Both the position numbers and the translations under genes were made by a program. DNA of 64,000 bases, from positions 186,001 to 250,000 of the forward strand of contig CAJNYD010000407.1 in NCBI GenBank assembly GCA_905331295.1, in the 5' to 3' direction. The first letter of the stretch is position 1, and every line of letters begins with the position of its first letter. Below the pieces are notes generated by a model, which ran no database searches, was not told the DNA's origin, and saw only the letters and a program-made list of their open reading frames with translations. This stretch comes from Rotaria socialis. Its lineage: Eukaryota. Shown here piece after piece: positions 28,820 through 44,400 of the stretch.

Positions 28820-28962
28820 TGAAATATTTTTAGGTCTCGACCAGATACGAAAAGGAATATTTCTTTTTTTTACAACGAAGTAAACTGAAAAATAAAAAAA
28901 AAAAACGTTAAGAACACGACAAAAAAACGCCTTATGACTCAGAATAGAATCACTGATACAAA

Positions 28963-29001
<39 letters not shown>

Positions 29002-29241
29002 AATGCATATATAAATGATTAGAGAATAAATTAGAATTTCATGCAACTTAATAGATTTTTTTTCCTTAAAAATCTAGAACAAAAATAAAATTATCGACTC
29101 ATAAAATCAAAAATATTCTATTTTTAATGACACATTTTTATTAAAAGAGACTAGTGACATCTGATGCCTCTATATGTTGCCTAGTCAACAAAAAATAGAT
29201 GTGTTCAGCTCAGAGATATTTATATCGACCAGAAGCAAAAA
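28820..29241. promoter_or_regulatory. Putative bidirectional promoter region RIC8/FSIP1 containing an (ATAA)n tract
   Basis: Divergent ATGs about 420 bp apart; (ATAA)n at ~28958-29001. Confidence 0.55.
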
Positions 29242-32200
29242 ATGACTGATATAAAAAATGATGATAACGATGATAAATATTGTAAGTTATTAATTTGCTC
29301 TTTTCTTTTCATTGAAACTCCAAGCTATTTTTCACTTAGATCAAAGTGACGAGTTTTCAGATGAAAACACCTTCAAATTACCAATGTCTAATACATCAGT
29401 CGTTCAAGACGACGAAGAAAATCTTCGTAGAACTCCTAGTAGTCTTAATAATTATATTATTTTACCACCCATTAAACCGACAACAAAAGACAATAATTTA
29501 GAACAGCAATATTTTATTAAAAATTTACAAGAAAAATATCAACAACCTAATAGTAACACTGATTCTAGAGATTTCTTATGTTTTTTTTGTGATCTTTTTT
29601 TAATAATCTAGGTATATCAGACTTGGGAAATGACGCTAAATTGGATGATGCTTACTTAAAAATGAAACGACTTGATAAAGCACTTGAAGAAGCATTTGAA
29701 AAAGAGAAACAAGTCAAAATTGAAACGATGTCTTTAATGAAAAAGTATGTTTTTATTAGAGAATTTTTAGTACCAACGAAAACTAAAACAAAATTAGACC
29801 TATTCAAAACTTTTTGCAAACAAAGACTTGAAAGTTTAAGAATATCAAGAAGTACAACTGTTTTCACACAGGATAGCATTGAAAGGATTCTAGATCATTT
29901 TTTCGATTTAAAAACTCGTGAATTGAACCAAACAATCCAATAACGATCTCTATTTCCCATTCAGAAAAGATCAAAATATAGTCAAAATTAAAAATGTTTT
30001 GCCCTATATATATTTCATTTTTGAATCGCTGAAGCCTATCGAACACTTACAGATGAGAATGTTTGAACATGAGTACATTAAATTAACTAAAACATTTTCC
30101 TTTTCACTTGAATTCACACATCTCTAGTACGTCTCTAACTGGATGAAAGTTTTTTTTTTAATCTAGACATCAAAAATTACATCTAACGAGATATATTTGA
30201 TAGATAAGACATTCGATAAATAGCTCATATCTTTGATGAAATATGAAGTGAATATGTCAAAAATCGAAAACATAAAAATTGACTATAAGTGTGGGTTTTT
30301 ACAGACATATAGTAATTTCCATTTCCTTAATAGAATTATTACACTAAAGAAAAACTAATGTAATTGAATAAGAAGAGGGATTTCTAAATCGTTGCTGGAG
30401 AGAATTTTCATACAACTGAAATGAAACTCATCATTAGCTACTGTTATTTTATTACATTTGCGTTACGGAAAACATTGGCAATTGTTTTAGTTTCTTTAGT
30501 AAGCAAAACTTTGATGTGTTTCATGTTGCTGATATACACATGAGACGACGGCAAGTCGTTTTTCGATTGATTTATCTCCGAAGAGTATCGGAGAGTCAAA
30601 ATGTATTTACAGAACCGAAAATGAGTATCTGATAGGGTATAATTTCCAAGTACTCGAGATAGGAATAGAACAAACACAAAAATATATACTTCAAGCTTTC
30701 GATTGCATGTTAAACCCATTCTATGCTTCATCAAGTCTATTTGGAATATGTACGTAGTTATAGTTATTTTTTCGCTTCAATTACTTAAATTTTAATTTTC
30801 ATGTGAACAAACACGTATTATAATTAGATTGTGCTAATATTTATTTTTGGTTCATTATTATTCGATTTAGGCTATATTACATTCAGTGAAATGTTCTATT
30901 TTTGAAATAAGACTTCAACACACAATTACTGTTAAGCATTGCTTATGCAATAAGACTGATAATAAATTTTCAATATTACAAATTATACTGAGAAGGGAAA
31001 GATCTGATCAATAAATTCGATAATCCTTATCGATTCCATCAGAAACACTGAATTTAAAAGTTCAATATAAAACTTAGCACTGAAATAGACCTTTATAACA
31101 GTAATCTGTCGTGAAAGTTTCAATCATTTTTCTCTTGATTTCATTGTATTCTTAAATAACAAGTACAAAATTTGTTACTTTAGATATGAAATATACAACA
31201 ATATTATTACTAAGGTGGTATTTTTTTAGAAAAGAATAGGAATTAGATCTACGGCAGTCACAAAAAATTTAATCTTGATAAGGTCTGTCTATAGATGAAT
31301 TTTCAAGTCAGTATTCAAAGAAAAAATGATCTAATGTTGTAGTCTATTTTCATAAATGATGTATGAGTCAATAAATTTCTTGTGTTAGACACTGAAAGAA
31401 ATATCAGAATTTTAATTAGTATCTTGAAACATGTTTAAAAACGAGGGTAGCTCCTTATTCATTTCTACATTATTTCATTCTATGAAATTAAATAAGCGTT
31501 ATATAAATAAATGGCATGCATAAGAATTAAATCTAAAAGTGAAACTCCTAACGGATTACTGAACAAATACGAATTGAAATTTTGTCTCTTTAGATTACGT
31601 AGTGAAATGCAATCAATGACTGTAGCTCTCGATGTTGATTCCAATGATTCATCACATACACAACTAAATCTTAAACGATTTTTAGCACTTGATGATGAGA
31701 TTTTAAAACTTGATGGTTCTGTTATTGACGACGAAGAGTATAATCCCACTGAATCAATATTTAAAACTCAAATCAGTGATCCACTCGGAGATTCTAATAA
31801 TACAAATAAATTTAATAAAGAATCTCCACATGGAAGTACAAGAACAAATTCATTTAGTAAAAAGAAAAAATCCAGTCGATCATCAAATTCAACAAATAAT
31901 ACTAAAGATCAATCTAAAAAGAATAAAGTACCAGAAAAAGATTTTATTAAACGTAATATACAATTAGCAAAAGAATTAGGTGGTACGTGGGCATTAACTG
32001 ACGATGAAAAACAACGTTTAAATGAATTACTTAATGAAGATGATCAAGAAAATGCTGTTGCGCTAACAAATCATCACTACAATGGTTATGCACCATCTAT
32101 GGATGATTCTCAACGTTTAAAAGAAATCGATGATTTACTTGAAAAAGAATATTATAATCCATTACTGAATCACCAACTACGACGAAACAATGACAATTAT

Positions 32201-32828
32201 ATTGATTATAGTAGTGTTCAACAAATAACAAGTGAAGAAAATGATCAAATGGAAAATCATTTTGGTGAACAAATATTAAAAGATACACGTTTACAACGTG
32301 AACATATGCATAGATTAAAAAAAATTGATGAACAACTACAATATATACATCGACCAAAAATAGAAGAAAAAATTGAAGCAAATTTATCGGATGAACAATT
32401 AAATGAATTACTTGGTAAATATCAGCAAAGTATTTTTTTTCTTAAATATTCTTTTATTTTTTTAAATTTTAGGCCAATGTGCAGTCGATGAAATAAAGCA
32501 GCGTTATTCATTTCTTAATCAAGATAAACAAGATAGTCAAGAGATTGATTTTAATGGTTTATCAGATTATGCATTAACACATTATGTAGAAAATAATCAA
32601 GGGCCATTGATTACAGATGATATTATTCAATTATTAATTCATGAAGCTCAACAAGAAGGTATAATCATGCGTAAATTAGGTTGTGAAGAAGGGGAGGAGG
32701 AAGATGATATTGATTCTTTTCAACTACAACAAACTGATTCATTAGTATTGGCGCCTGCTATTGATCGACCTATTTCATCAACATCTACTTCTTCTCATGT
32801 TGATCTATATAATCGTAATAAACATTGA
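29242..32828 (+). CDS. FSIP1: Fibrous sheath-interacting protein 1-like
   Basis: Motifs recalled from FSIP1: DAKLDDAYLKMKRLDKAL...EKEKQVK, KDFIKRNIQLAKE...LTDDEKQRLNELL, GEQILKDTRLQREHMHRLKKIDEQL, LSDEQLNELL. Exons at ~29242-29281, 29340-29552, 29612-29744, ~31594-32414 and ~32473-32828. Confidence 0.8.
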
Positions 32829-35800
32829 TTCAAATAGATTTTATTTTGCTAATTCATTATTAATCATTAAATACTGCTTTCTTTACGTAACTCTTCTTTG
32901 CTTGCATGCTTAGACAAATTTCAATTGATATGAACGATCTTTTTTATTTTATTTTTATCATTTAGAATTGACATAATAGTCAGATAAAGTTAACGTAAAA
33001 AGTTTCGATGTTAATCATCATCAGATGCGGAAAACAATAATGGAAATGATAAAATGATTATTCCTATTTATCTTTCTTGACTAAATATGCTAATTTTAAA
33101 TCAATATTATTCTGACGTTATTTTTTGTTTTGATTAAATTCTGTTTCAAATACAACTAGACTTGTACTATTATCAAAATGTCTGTGACAATATATTTGCA
33201 ACTTACAATATGTATATATTATCTGTGAATAAAATTGATTTGATTTCAATGGAAAAAAATTAATTCATCGTATTGTCTAGAGATTATGTCATATTAAACG
33301 TTAATAGTTGCGTTAAATCTAAAAGCCAAACATGTCTACATTAGTAAATCAATGACCTTGTATTCTCATTATTTTTCCTATTTAAAAATTTGAGGTCGTA
33401 TATAAATAAAATGATTAGTTTTTTACTATTTACTATTAGTTAGTATTGAATGATTCCTAATGCTTTAGTTTGGTTGTGTTCTTCGTATTCTATCTCCGTT
33501 GCAACGATAAATAGCTATCCTTATCGCATCAACATTGACGATGGCAATATCTAGACTATCATTACTGATGATATTATTACTAGCAACAAAAGTATCCATC
33601 TTCACTATCACATTTGAAATCTTCAATGATTGCCTATCTGTATATGTATTGTGTGATATATAGAATGCACAACTTTTACTGACGTGTCTCAGTGACATAT
33701 TCAGAGTGTTTGATCAAGATAAGACACGAAACAGATCGAGCTGCTTACTGTTATTGGCGTCAGACATAAACACTTATTATGAACGATAATTAGTGGTATT
33801 CGTTTTGTTTTATTTCAAAAAGAAAATACTGATAAACAATTTTCAAGAAACACATCGACATCGTTTTGAAGAAAGCTAACAACAACTAGATCTAGAGTAC
33901 TGTCTGTCGTGAGATTATGAATGTCAATATTTCTCAGATAACTAGCTGGTTGAAATATAGTTATTCTTGTAAAGATCTTTTTGATATAACTCAAAATTCA
34001 ATAGAAAATAGCCATAGGAATATGAAATTTTTGAGTTAAGTTCTAGTGAAAAAAGCAAATAAAATCAATCAATTCTACAGCGTTCTTCCTTGGGGAAAAA
34101 AATTCGAAAGCATCAATATAAAATATTTTATTGCACACCCTAGCTAACAACTAAATAGAGTGACTCGAAGTATGTAGACAATTGAATGTCATTTAAAAAT
34201 ATGAACTTTTGATCAAAGATTGAAGATGACAATTCTGATTTGTCAAAGTGAATTATATGAAGACATTAAAATCCTCTCACTCTTAATTGGACTCAATTAT
34301 ATTCTTCATTTTATACAGGCGAGAGCGCTATCCAATATTAAATTATATTAGCTCTATTTTTACGCGAAGTTATGTTTCAACTACGTACAAGAAATTCAGC
34401 ATGTCACAAATGTTGTGTTCACTCAGTCTAGTCACAGCAATCAAAACAAAGAAAATCAATTCATTTAAAAAGAAGCTTTTATATTTCATATTTGATGGTC
34501 TTCACATAATCAATGCGGAAATATTTCAGTAATCTTGATATAGTTGGCGATCCTGTCCAGCTGTGAGGAATGCTTGATACTGGTGTTATATATATCGTGT
34601 TAATACTGATGTTTTGACTTGCATTCATTCTTCTAGTTATAATCATATTAAGCTAAAATAAAGCTCGCGTGACTAAAGCGATCGAATCAGAATATAAATA
34701 AAAGCATTCTAATGTATTAGATGAGATATCATTTTTAATATTATTCCAAGTTTTTTAAAATTGAATACAAAGTATCTAAAATACAATAAATGAATTTTTT
34801 TTTTACTTAACTCTAATCAAAACTAAGTATCATTGATAAATAACAAGCGATAGTACACTAGCAGTTGTTCTTTGAGAGGAAAAAACAGTGAAACAGTTTT
34901 AAAATATAATTATTATTTTTATATACAAAATTAAATTGTTTGGTAGTTTAATTTATCGAAATGATGATTCAGGGGCATCCATCATTAAAACATGTCAAAA
35001 GAACAGTAATCTTCAACTATATGATATGTATTCGTTCAAAAAGTAAAAAAGTAATATGTGTGATATTCTCATGTTTTTTCTATACTGATCCTCTTGGAAT
35101 CATTCTCTCTGTAGTAATATTGCATTTAGAATAAATTCTTGTGCAAATCATGTACGCAATTACATTGCAAAATGTGAAATGCCGCAGATTGGCATGCAAT
35201 TGCATGCATCGTTTAGCTATTAGATTACTTTGATGTGTATCATTCACTCACAGTCACATTGGTATTGGCATATATAATAACATACTAGCTAATCGTTATT
35301 TAGTAGAAGAATAGTAAAATTTTACTATTGCAAGAATTTTGTGAAACAGTATGTAATAATCTACAGCAATATATATATATATATATATGACACGAAATTT
35401 ATTCAATAATTCACATCTAATCAAACAATTAATATTATATATAATATTAATTGATTGTAGTTAAACTTGAATTTTTTTTTTGTTCATCGATACATATTTG
35501 ATTGATGCAATTATTTACTCTATGAAAGATTTTATTTCTTATCCATAGTAGAATGCTTCACGGACGATAATGGTTTGAATTCATTGTTTCACTTTGTATG
35601 TTAAAAAATCGACCAATTGATTATTTCAATAATCAATACTATTATGAAAATAAAATTTCAACTAATGTTCTAATTATGCATCTTGTTCTGATCACGGTAC
35701 AGAGCCATGCGTAGAATTCATTGAATATACTTAAAAAAAGCTTTTCTATTGAGATTTTCTTGATTAGATAAAGCCTATTAAAAATAGATTAGGTGTCAAA

Positions 35801-38800
35801 TGAATTTTTTTCTTTGAAATCTTTTATCATATTTTACATATGATTTATTGAGATGTTAACTAAAAAAGTTATCTTCGCTTTACATAGTGTAACAGTGAAC
35901 ATGTTTCATTGAAAATTTTTCATATGAAAATTCCAACACTGGATTGTTGGCGGTTTTCTTTTTGTTATCATATATACTTTGACTATAAGTTAAATATGGA
36001 GTGAGTAGAGTACATATGTCGTGATGAAAAAATTCAATGGAATATATTCATATTTAGACTTTGTCTAGTCCCAATAGATTTATCTAATGAAAAAGATGTC
36101 ATCTCAAAAGCTCTTATAATGTTAACGATTCTTTCATTAGTTATTTCATCGAATAATTTCAGTTATAACTATACTATATTAATAATTCATAAGTTCTCTA
36201 TAAACATTTATAGTTAAATATAAACTTCTGACGTCTAATAAGTAAATATAATATAGTTTCTGATTGATTCTCATCTTCCGTATCAAGGGCAAATAGCAGT
36301 CGATCTTGGATTAGAGATGACAAACATTACTTGTAAACCAAATTGCCATGATTTGGATGATGAAATATACGTATTTTATATAGAGAAGAACTGAGTACAC
36401 AAATAGTCGCAAAGTTCATGCGTCAAATATCATCGGTAATGCATTCTACAGTTGTTATCAAGTTACATTTATTCGACAAAGCTGGCTGTATTTGTTACTA
36501 ATACGTTTCAAAGTAGCATTGATTTATAAGACTTTTTAATAATGAACAAACAATATTAGTATAATCTCAATGATCTTTGGATCTATTTTTCTATAGTTAA
36601 TTTATCATCGATAATACTTATTTCGATGTTTGCTTTATAATTTATACATGCTTGCGCATGTACAATCAGGCAATAAATGTAAAGATCATATTATTCAACT
36701 TCTATATCTAATTAAAAACTCGAATAACTAATCAACAAAAACGATTTTTTTCATCACATAAATAAACAATAACTATTTGTTTTCTTTATTAATTCTAAAT
36801 CATGCCGATAATTATGGAGTTTTCATCAGTTGTTACATGCGTATATAACAATACATGATTATCTGTTAGATCATGCTTAAAATGATCCCAACTGGCATAC
36901 GGTTACTGAGCTCGTAAATATGTTTCTTGTGTCTTTTCTATATTTCATACAAGTTCATTGCGTGTGTCAGAACTTATCAAAATGAACGATCAATCCTTAA
37001 AGAAACATAGTTAGATTGTATCACTGGTGTTGAATGTCTGCTTTATATTTTCATGTGAGTTTTCCAATTAAAATCACAGCAAATCAAAAAATTTAATTGA
37101 AAACAGGAAGAAGAAACTCCAGAATCATATCAGAAAGCGAAAGAAAAAAAGTAAGAAAAATGTATTTATAGTGAACATTGTCTATGTCAAGGACTGCTAT
37201 TTATGGCATGCAGCATGTTAGCGTTGAAAAGCAAACAAGAAGAAGAGGAGAAAGAGGAGGAGGAGGAGGAGGAAGAAGAAGAAGAAGAAAAAATATGAAT
37301 AACAATTATTTGGTCAATGTCGTTTTTACCAGAAACAATCTAATACGGATGGCATTCAGGAATGTTTTGTATACATTATACATGTGTATGTTTGTTTTAA
37401 AATATAAGGATGGATGAGAAAGCTATTCGTTTTCTAATTTTCGAGCAGTTTTTTTTATAGCAAGGCTCATTTGTTAAATAAACTAAATCGGAAACACACA
37501 GTTTATTTAAGATAGTAAATCAGGCATATTCCATTTAGAACAGCATAGTCAGATTTATACACACGAATAGAAAAGAATATTATTAGTCATCATGCAATGC
37601 CCTTATTCATTTGTTTTACAACTGTAAGAAAAATTCTCGAAGAATAATAATTCGATTTAAAATCCCTTATGTTTACAACAATTATGTTCGCTTTCTAGTT
37701 TGTTTTTGACTATTTTTCGAAAATTATCGATATTCTCTGTTTTGCCCATGATGTAATAATATTTTCTCTATGCTCTTTTAATTTACGGCCCAATGACCGT
37801 GTTATATCTAGAACTTAGGTTATTACTTGTAAAACTATTTTATCTATGAAAAAATCATTTAAAAAAAGTGATTAATTCATTTCCTATTCTAAATGTTATC
37901 ATTTTTCATGTAGAATAAAAGATGTTTTTTTCTCTTGTTATTCAACTACGTATATGATAATGTAGCATACGCTGTTGCATAAAAATAATCTTCCGTTGGA
38001 TGTTTATCAGGTAGTTCTTCTTTGAGGCCTCCTTGCACAAAAATCAATTTATTTTTCTTAACAGCGTGATTAAAACAACCTTGTATTCGATTAAAATAAT
38101 ACATGAAGATTTCCTTTTCTAGATTCAAATTTGATTTCAAATAAATAAAGAAAACTAGTATGATAACTTATGAATAATTATGTCCCGTTTCCTATGACAA
38201 TATATTTGACGTCTAAAAGAAACTTTCTCTCAGCTCATCATTCATTGTCAATATCGATAAATGAAGGATTATCATGTCATTTTATTAGTCTCATTTTCAA
38301 GATTGATAATCAGGCAGACCAAGTATTCTTTGATTAGCTTAGGTATTCAATCATCAACACTAACGGATAGTTATTGACACTTGTTCTTGTCTATCTTTCT
38401 CTGATCTAATACAAATATGAATTGATTAGAAATTCGTCAATAGAAATCAATATTTTCAGATTTATTCACATATTTTCTAACGTGTTGCAATGCGCTCGTA
38501 TGTATATATTCATCAACTGTTATTACAATCAGCAGTCAGAAAACCACTGAGAAATAGTCTACGTGAAAAAGTCAAGTAATAATAGTTATTGAATCTAGTC
38601 TATCTCGGAATATGTTTAGCATCGATGATCCAACCATATATATATATATATATACGGTATATTGTTGAGCGTATATGTTCATTCACATGATTATCTGAAT
38701 GTTACATCTCGCATTCTTACTAAAGAATAACATCAATACCAGCAAAAAAGGCAGCTTTAGTGTGCAATCCAATGATTGTTTTCTCTCTACTTACACATAT

Positions 38801-41473
38801 ATTGCCTCTCGCGCATGGAAGAGCACATCTTTACTCTTCGTCTCTTCTCTTTTGTCGTCGTCTTCTCTACGGATGCCAACGCTGATGATGAAAGAAACAA
38901 AATTGACACACTAGAAGAGCATAGCAGAGATATGCACGCGAGATATAAAGAGAGAAAGATAGAGAGAATTTAACGTTGCGCACAACACATCCTTCCATCT
39001 GGGCTGCGTGAGTTCAGAGACATAGAACATTCTTTTTTCCTTCTATCTGTATCGTTTGACGTTTTGGATTGTGTTGTGTATATGCTTTCTGCTTATCAAG
39101 CCGAGCACATCGCATAGAGAGTTGTTAATTGTTCGCCTGACGAAAAAAATAGAACGAGAAATCATCTTTTCACAAAGTTAAAGTCTGTTTCTTCAAGACA
39201 GAAATCACTCATATATACACGGACATATATATATATAAATATATTCAAGTATACAACTTCATAACAATATATTCGAGTAAGTGTCTATGTTAAGAAGTTT
39301 AGCCGTGTGCATGATTAGGATGTAGGAATTAAGAGACATAAGACTTTTCTAAATTTATTTTTGCAAAATAATAATGTCCTATGCTAATATTGTACGAAGA
39401 ATTTAATGTTTAAAACAAATTTGCCTATGTTTATACATAGTCTTGAAATATGTTTATAATTGTTATTTTATTTTAGCTTAATATATTCAATCACGGCTAT
39501 CACTTTTAAATGACTTCGATAGATTCATCAACGAACACATTTACATTTACAAGTAAGCCTTGCTAAAATTTTGATATCCATGCCTTAAATTCTTTTAAAT
39601 TTTTGAAACATATAATCTTAATATGGTATCAATTTCTTATCCACGCCAACGGATAGTATTGCCATCTATCAAAAAAATATACTATAAGATGTCGCACACC
39701 ATATTGATTTTTGAAGTTTTTATTATAGTACAAATAATTTTACTGAAATTTTTATTAGCGTTTTAATTTTTGCGTTCCTATTATACCCGTGTATGCTCAT
39801 ATTCCATTTTTCATTTAATATGCGCAACAATATTGTCAAAGTTCAATCAATTTAGATAAGATTATAGTAAATATGATGAATCCTTCTCAACTTGTGCACT
39901 ATTCCTCATGGATTTACACTTTTTTCTCTTTCTTTTAATCTCTTTCATATATATATATATATATATGCGTGGGTAAAACCATTAGCATATATTAATAGTA
40001 AAGTGTTGTCACTCCGTTGATAAACTTTACAAATAAAAAGCAATTTTCTTTGTAGTATCTGATAAGAGAAACAGGGAAAATAGAAAAATCGACGTCATTT
40101 TTATTACTAAACATTGTTCGTACTGTATCATTAGTCACTAAAACTTGCTTATATTCTACTACAGGCAGACCACTCCATGCCATCTGTTTTTTTTTTATAC
40201 ATCTCGGAAGCCTGAAAACTTGCATAGAAACACGCCTGGCTTCCTTTTTATAGTTTATTACTACTTGACATGTTTTTCATTTGCACCCAAACAGAGTTGC
40301 TATTATTATCTTCATCATGATCATCATCGCCACAAATAGAATTTATTTTCCATTCCGTTCGTCTCCAAATCATTTTTTCCGCCCGCAGCTTTATTACTAT
40401 ACCCAAGCATGTTCTATTCGAAAAATAGAAGAAATTGTTTTTTCAAACATACATCCGACAGCAAAAAAGCATTCTCCTAAAAATATAGAGAAAAGAAACT
40501 TCTCATAATGACAATTGAAAATACAATATTTAATGCTTTGTTCAATTTTACAATACTCAGGAACTATCCTACACGTCCCATTCCGTGATGAACTCATATT
40601 TTATTCGTCCACCAGACGGAATGTGGCCTTCCGTTCGTTATGTTTATACAAGTCTGGCCAAATGGTAGAAACGGTGGAACATCCATAAAAATCAAGCAAT
40701 ATGGATAGAACAACGTCGTTTGTAAATACATAAGCGTGTGCGTGTAGTATATGTTTTTGGGAAAATAGATAACTAGGTTCTTCTTTTTATATTCTTTCCT
40801 TTCTCCTCCACATATAAGTACGCTGATCAAATCGCGGATGACACAGCATCAGCAGCAGCAAAATAGACAGGCGACGTAAAAAGGAAGAAGAAGAAGAAGA
40901 AGAAGAAGATGTTTCTGCTACTATAGTTGTTGTCATTCTCTTGTCGTCGCAGTCTTCAACCATTCTCGCGCATATGATTAGAAGCGACGACTCTTGAAAA
41001 ACCGACGCTTACACATACACACGCATCTACACAAAAAATTCCTTTTAACTCGAACATCACAATCGTTGTATCTCAAATACGAATACATCTTTTATCCACT
41101 TCCGTCGTTGTCTATCTTGAGTCCACCTAATGACGAATGATCAACTTGACCATCATTAGCGAAAAAGATAGAAAGCAAAAAGTAGACGAACAAAGAAGAA
41201 GAAGAAGAAGAAGAAGAAGAAAGAAGAAGAGAGAAAGTACCACCATCACTAACATCACGGCCGTTGGTAATTAGAGAGTTCTGTGCACACATGCGCATGT
41301 ATGTTTACTATTGAAAGAAAGAAGAGAAGAGAGAAAAAAATCGAGTTCGTGTACAAACACTGGTTGATCATAAAGAATGTTGATGAATCGTTGTCCACAT
41401 TGACAACACCCTTGATTGGCTCAAACTGATTAAATAGCACACAACGGACTACAAATATACGAATACATTAACC

Positions 41474-44400
41474 ATGGCCCGTCATACGCCTTTACCTCGT
41501 TTTCAACTAGATACAGACCCTATTACTGAACAAAGTGTTAATAGTTTACGTATTACTTCAGCATCACCAAATATGTCTCAATTGCGCCAACAACAACAAT
41601 CACAATTACAACGATCTCAAGGTCGTATCCGTCGATCAGCTTGTTCTAATTTACAGAGTACTACGATACCAGAAGAACGTATATACAATGGAAATCGTCG
41701 TCGAGCCAGTCTATTTGTTGGCCGACCATCGCAAGAAACAATTGATGCTACAACAAAATCTTCCTATGATCAGGAACCTGCTGAATGTGACTACGCAAAA
41801 CTATGTCGACAAAGATGTCAATCACTATATGGATCATTAGCTAATTCTACAGAAACATCCGCACCATCACCCCCATTAGTTTTAACAGGAAATTCATTTA
41901 TAGTGAGTGATGATGATGATGATGACAATGACGACGATGAACAAGATGACGGTGAAGATGGACAATCTTTTGAAACACCATCAGCGAATAGTTTTCGTTA
42001 TTCATTGCCTGATACATCACCGTCTGGATTAGGATTACGTAATTTTCTTAAACGTAATAAATCGACAAATTATTATCATCATCATCGACTTTGTTTGCCA
42101 TCTAATTCATCCCATTCATTATGTTCATCAACATCATCTTCGTCGTCTATATTAACACATTCTTCTTCACCGTTATCAACATTCCGTAATTTTCTTTCTC
42201 TAGTTAAACTACCATCATCATCGTCATCAACAAAATCAATCAATTCAACAACATCACCAACATCAGCAACACCACATCATTCTAGTTTAACAACATTAAC
42301 TAGTGTTACTGGTGGATCAACAACAACACTTGATCAAACATCATCATTTATTTCATCGAAAAAACGTCCAACAACTATTATTGATACTCAATACCAATGG
42401 CACTTTGAGGTAAGCATAGCCATACACTTTAGGTTGATAATTAGAGAAACAGCTGCTGTCACATCCTCCAACACTACTAGAATAGTAGAACATCCTATTT
42501 GCACGACATGCATAGAGACAAAAAAACACAGCAGTACCATAGACAAACAGATATTGTACTCGAATAGTTGCAAGAGTAAGAAAAAAAAGAAAGAGACAGA
42601 AAAAAACTGGCTTCAATAATAATACTAACAACAGGCGTATGAGTTTTGCTTGACTATATGTCTCATCTCACTAGTAAGCAAGCTTATTATTGCAATAATC
42701 GAATGAGGACATTTATTTATGGAAAGAAAATAATAGATTAAAAAAAATCTATATTTTCGTCGGTCAACATGGTCTTTATTTATTAGAAAAACAAAAATAA
42801 ACACATATCTTACAAAGACAAATCTAAATGACAAAAAGCAACCGATATCGAATTAGTTATATATATTTATTTCGCGATTATTTATACTTTTTTTACGTTC
42901 ACTTGATGATGTTTAACATATGTTCGTTTCCCATTTGGTCATACGCAGTTTTTTTTCTTCCATAATCATCTATATCTATACATATATAAATATAAATATA
43001 TATGTACTAGCGAACATCTGTCACTGATCGATATATGTACATATAAAGGATTGTTGCACCAAATTTTCTTTTATCAACTCCTTATTCTTCTGATTAGATA
43101 CTTTTCTTTGTTGTATATGTCTAGACTGATAAATCACAATGGTGTTCCTCTGATAAAACAAGTATAATTATTCTTAGTTCCATTGAACTACATAATTTAA
43201 CATATGCTGAACATAAACAATTGAAACGTCTTATACTTCAACGTTTACAATCATCACAATATGATCTTAGCGTGCCAATACATGTGCCAAAAGGTAACTT
43301 ATTATAAAGATAACAGCTTCTTCTTTTTTGACGTTTGCATGCAACAAACATTCAATAATCCTACGCTTAGCTTACTTGCACGTACGAATCAAGAAAATTC
43401 TATTAGGAAAAAAAGAGCCTCCCGCTTCTAATCAAATCAACCTCTCGTTGATCGAATTCTGTCGTACGTGCATCGCCTTGATTTGTGTTCGCATTTCCCA
43501 AAGCGGGACGAAGTGTCTAATTCCGGGACATCCTTCTTCTTCTTCTTCTTCTTGCTGTAGAAGTCCATTGATCGAAATAGTCAAGAAAACGAGAAAGAAA
43601 AACACAAAATAGGATCGATCGGAGATAGAAATAAATTACATGACATTTACTGAATAGTTCGTCTTACATACATTAATCTCTATAGGAGTCAATCAGTCAA
43701 TTTGAGAATATGCAAAAAATATGAGAAAAAAGTGTAGAATAACAAAACAATATGATATAAGAAACAAAAATAAGATAAATGATAATGATGATTGCTTCCT
43801 CTTAAAATAGTAATTTTTATTTGACACTGAAATTTGAGACTTATTATAAAGAACATCTTTTATTTATTTTGTAACAATATGCTTCTCAAATTAAAAAAAA
43901 AGGAAAAAACTGCATAATAATCGAAAATAAAATAGGAATGGTTCAGTGAAGATAAACACAAATTGACATTCCATTTAGATTTAATATAATTATTCACTCA
44001 GAAAATAAGATTTCCTTAGTTAAATAAAATAAAAAGAAAACTGAAGTGAACTAGCCATATCTGTATATAGATCTATATATAGACATGCATATATGTTAAA
44101 CTTCATTAGGATCAAAGAAAATTCTATTAGAGAATTAGAAACTTCATTGGTGTCAAAAAAATTTTGTTTCACTTTAGAAGAACCAGTACGAAAACGTAAA
44201 CATCATTTTATGTTTCGTAGTAAATCAAGTGACAAATCAAAAGAAGCAAGAGGTATAACTCCTTTTTCCTTCATTCAAAAAGCTATTTTCAACTATTTCC
44301 TGTTTTTGTTTGTTTCATTTTGAATTACTATAGAAGCTAAAGCAAATGGAAACGTCTTTGGTGTTGCTCTTTCTCAATGTGTAATCGATGATGATTCTCG

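Noticed and set aside
30540..30760. Two small hairpins and an open frame in the FSIP1 intron (possible ncRNA)
   Set aside because: Short stems, no snoRNA boxes or identifiable homology.
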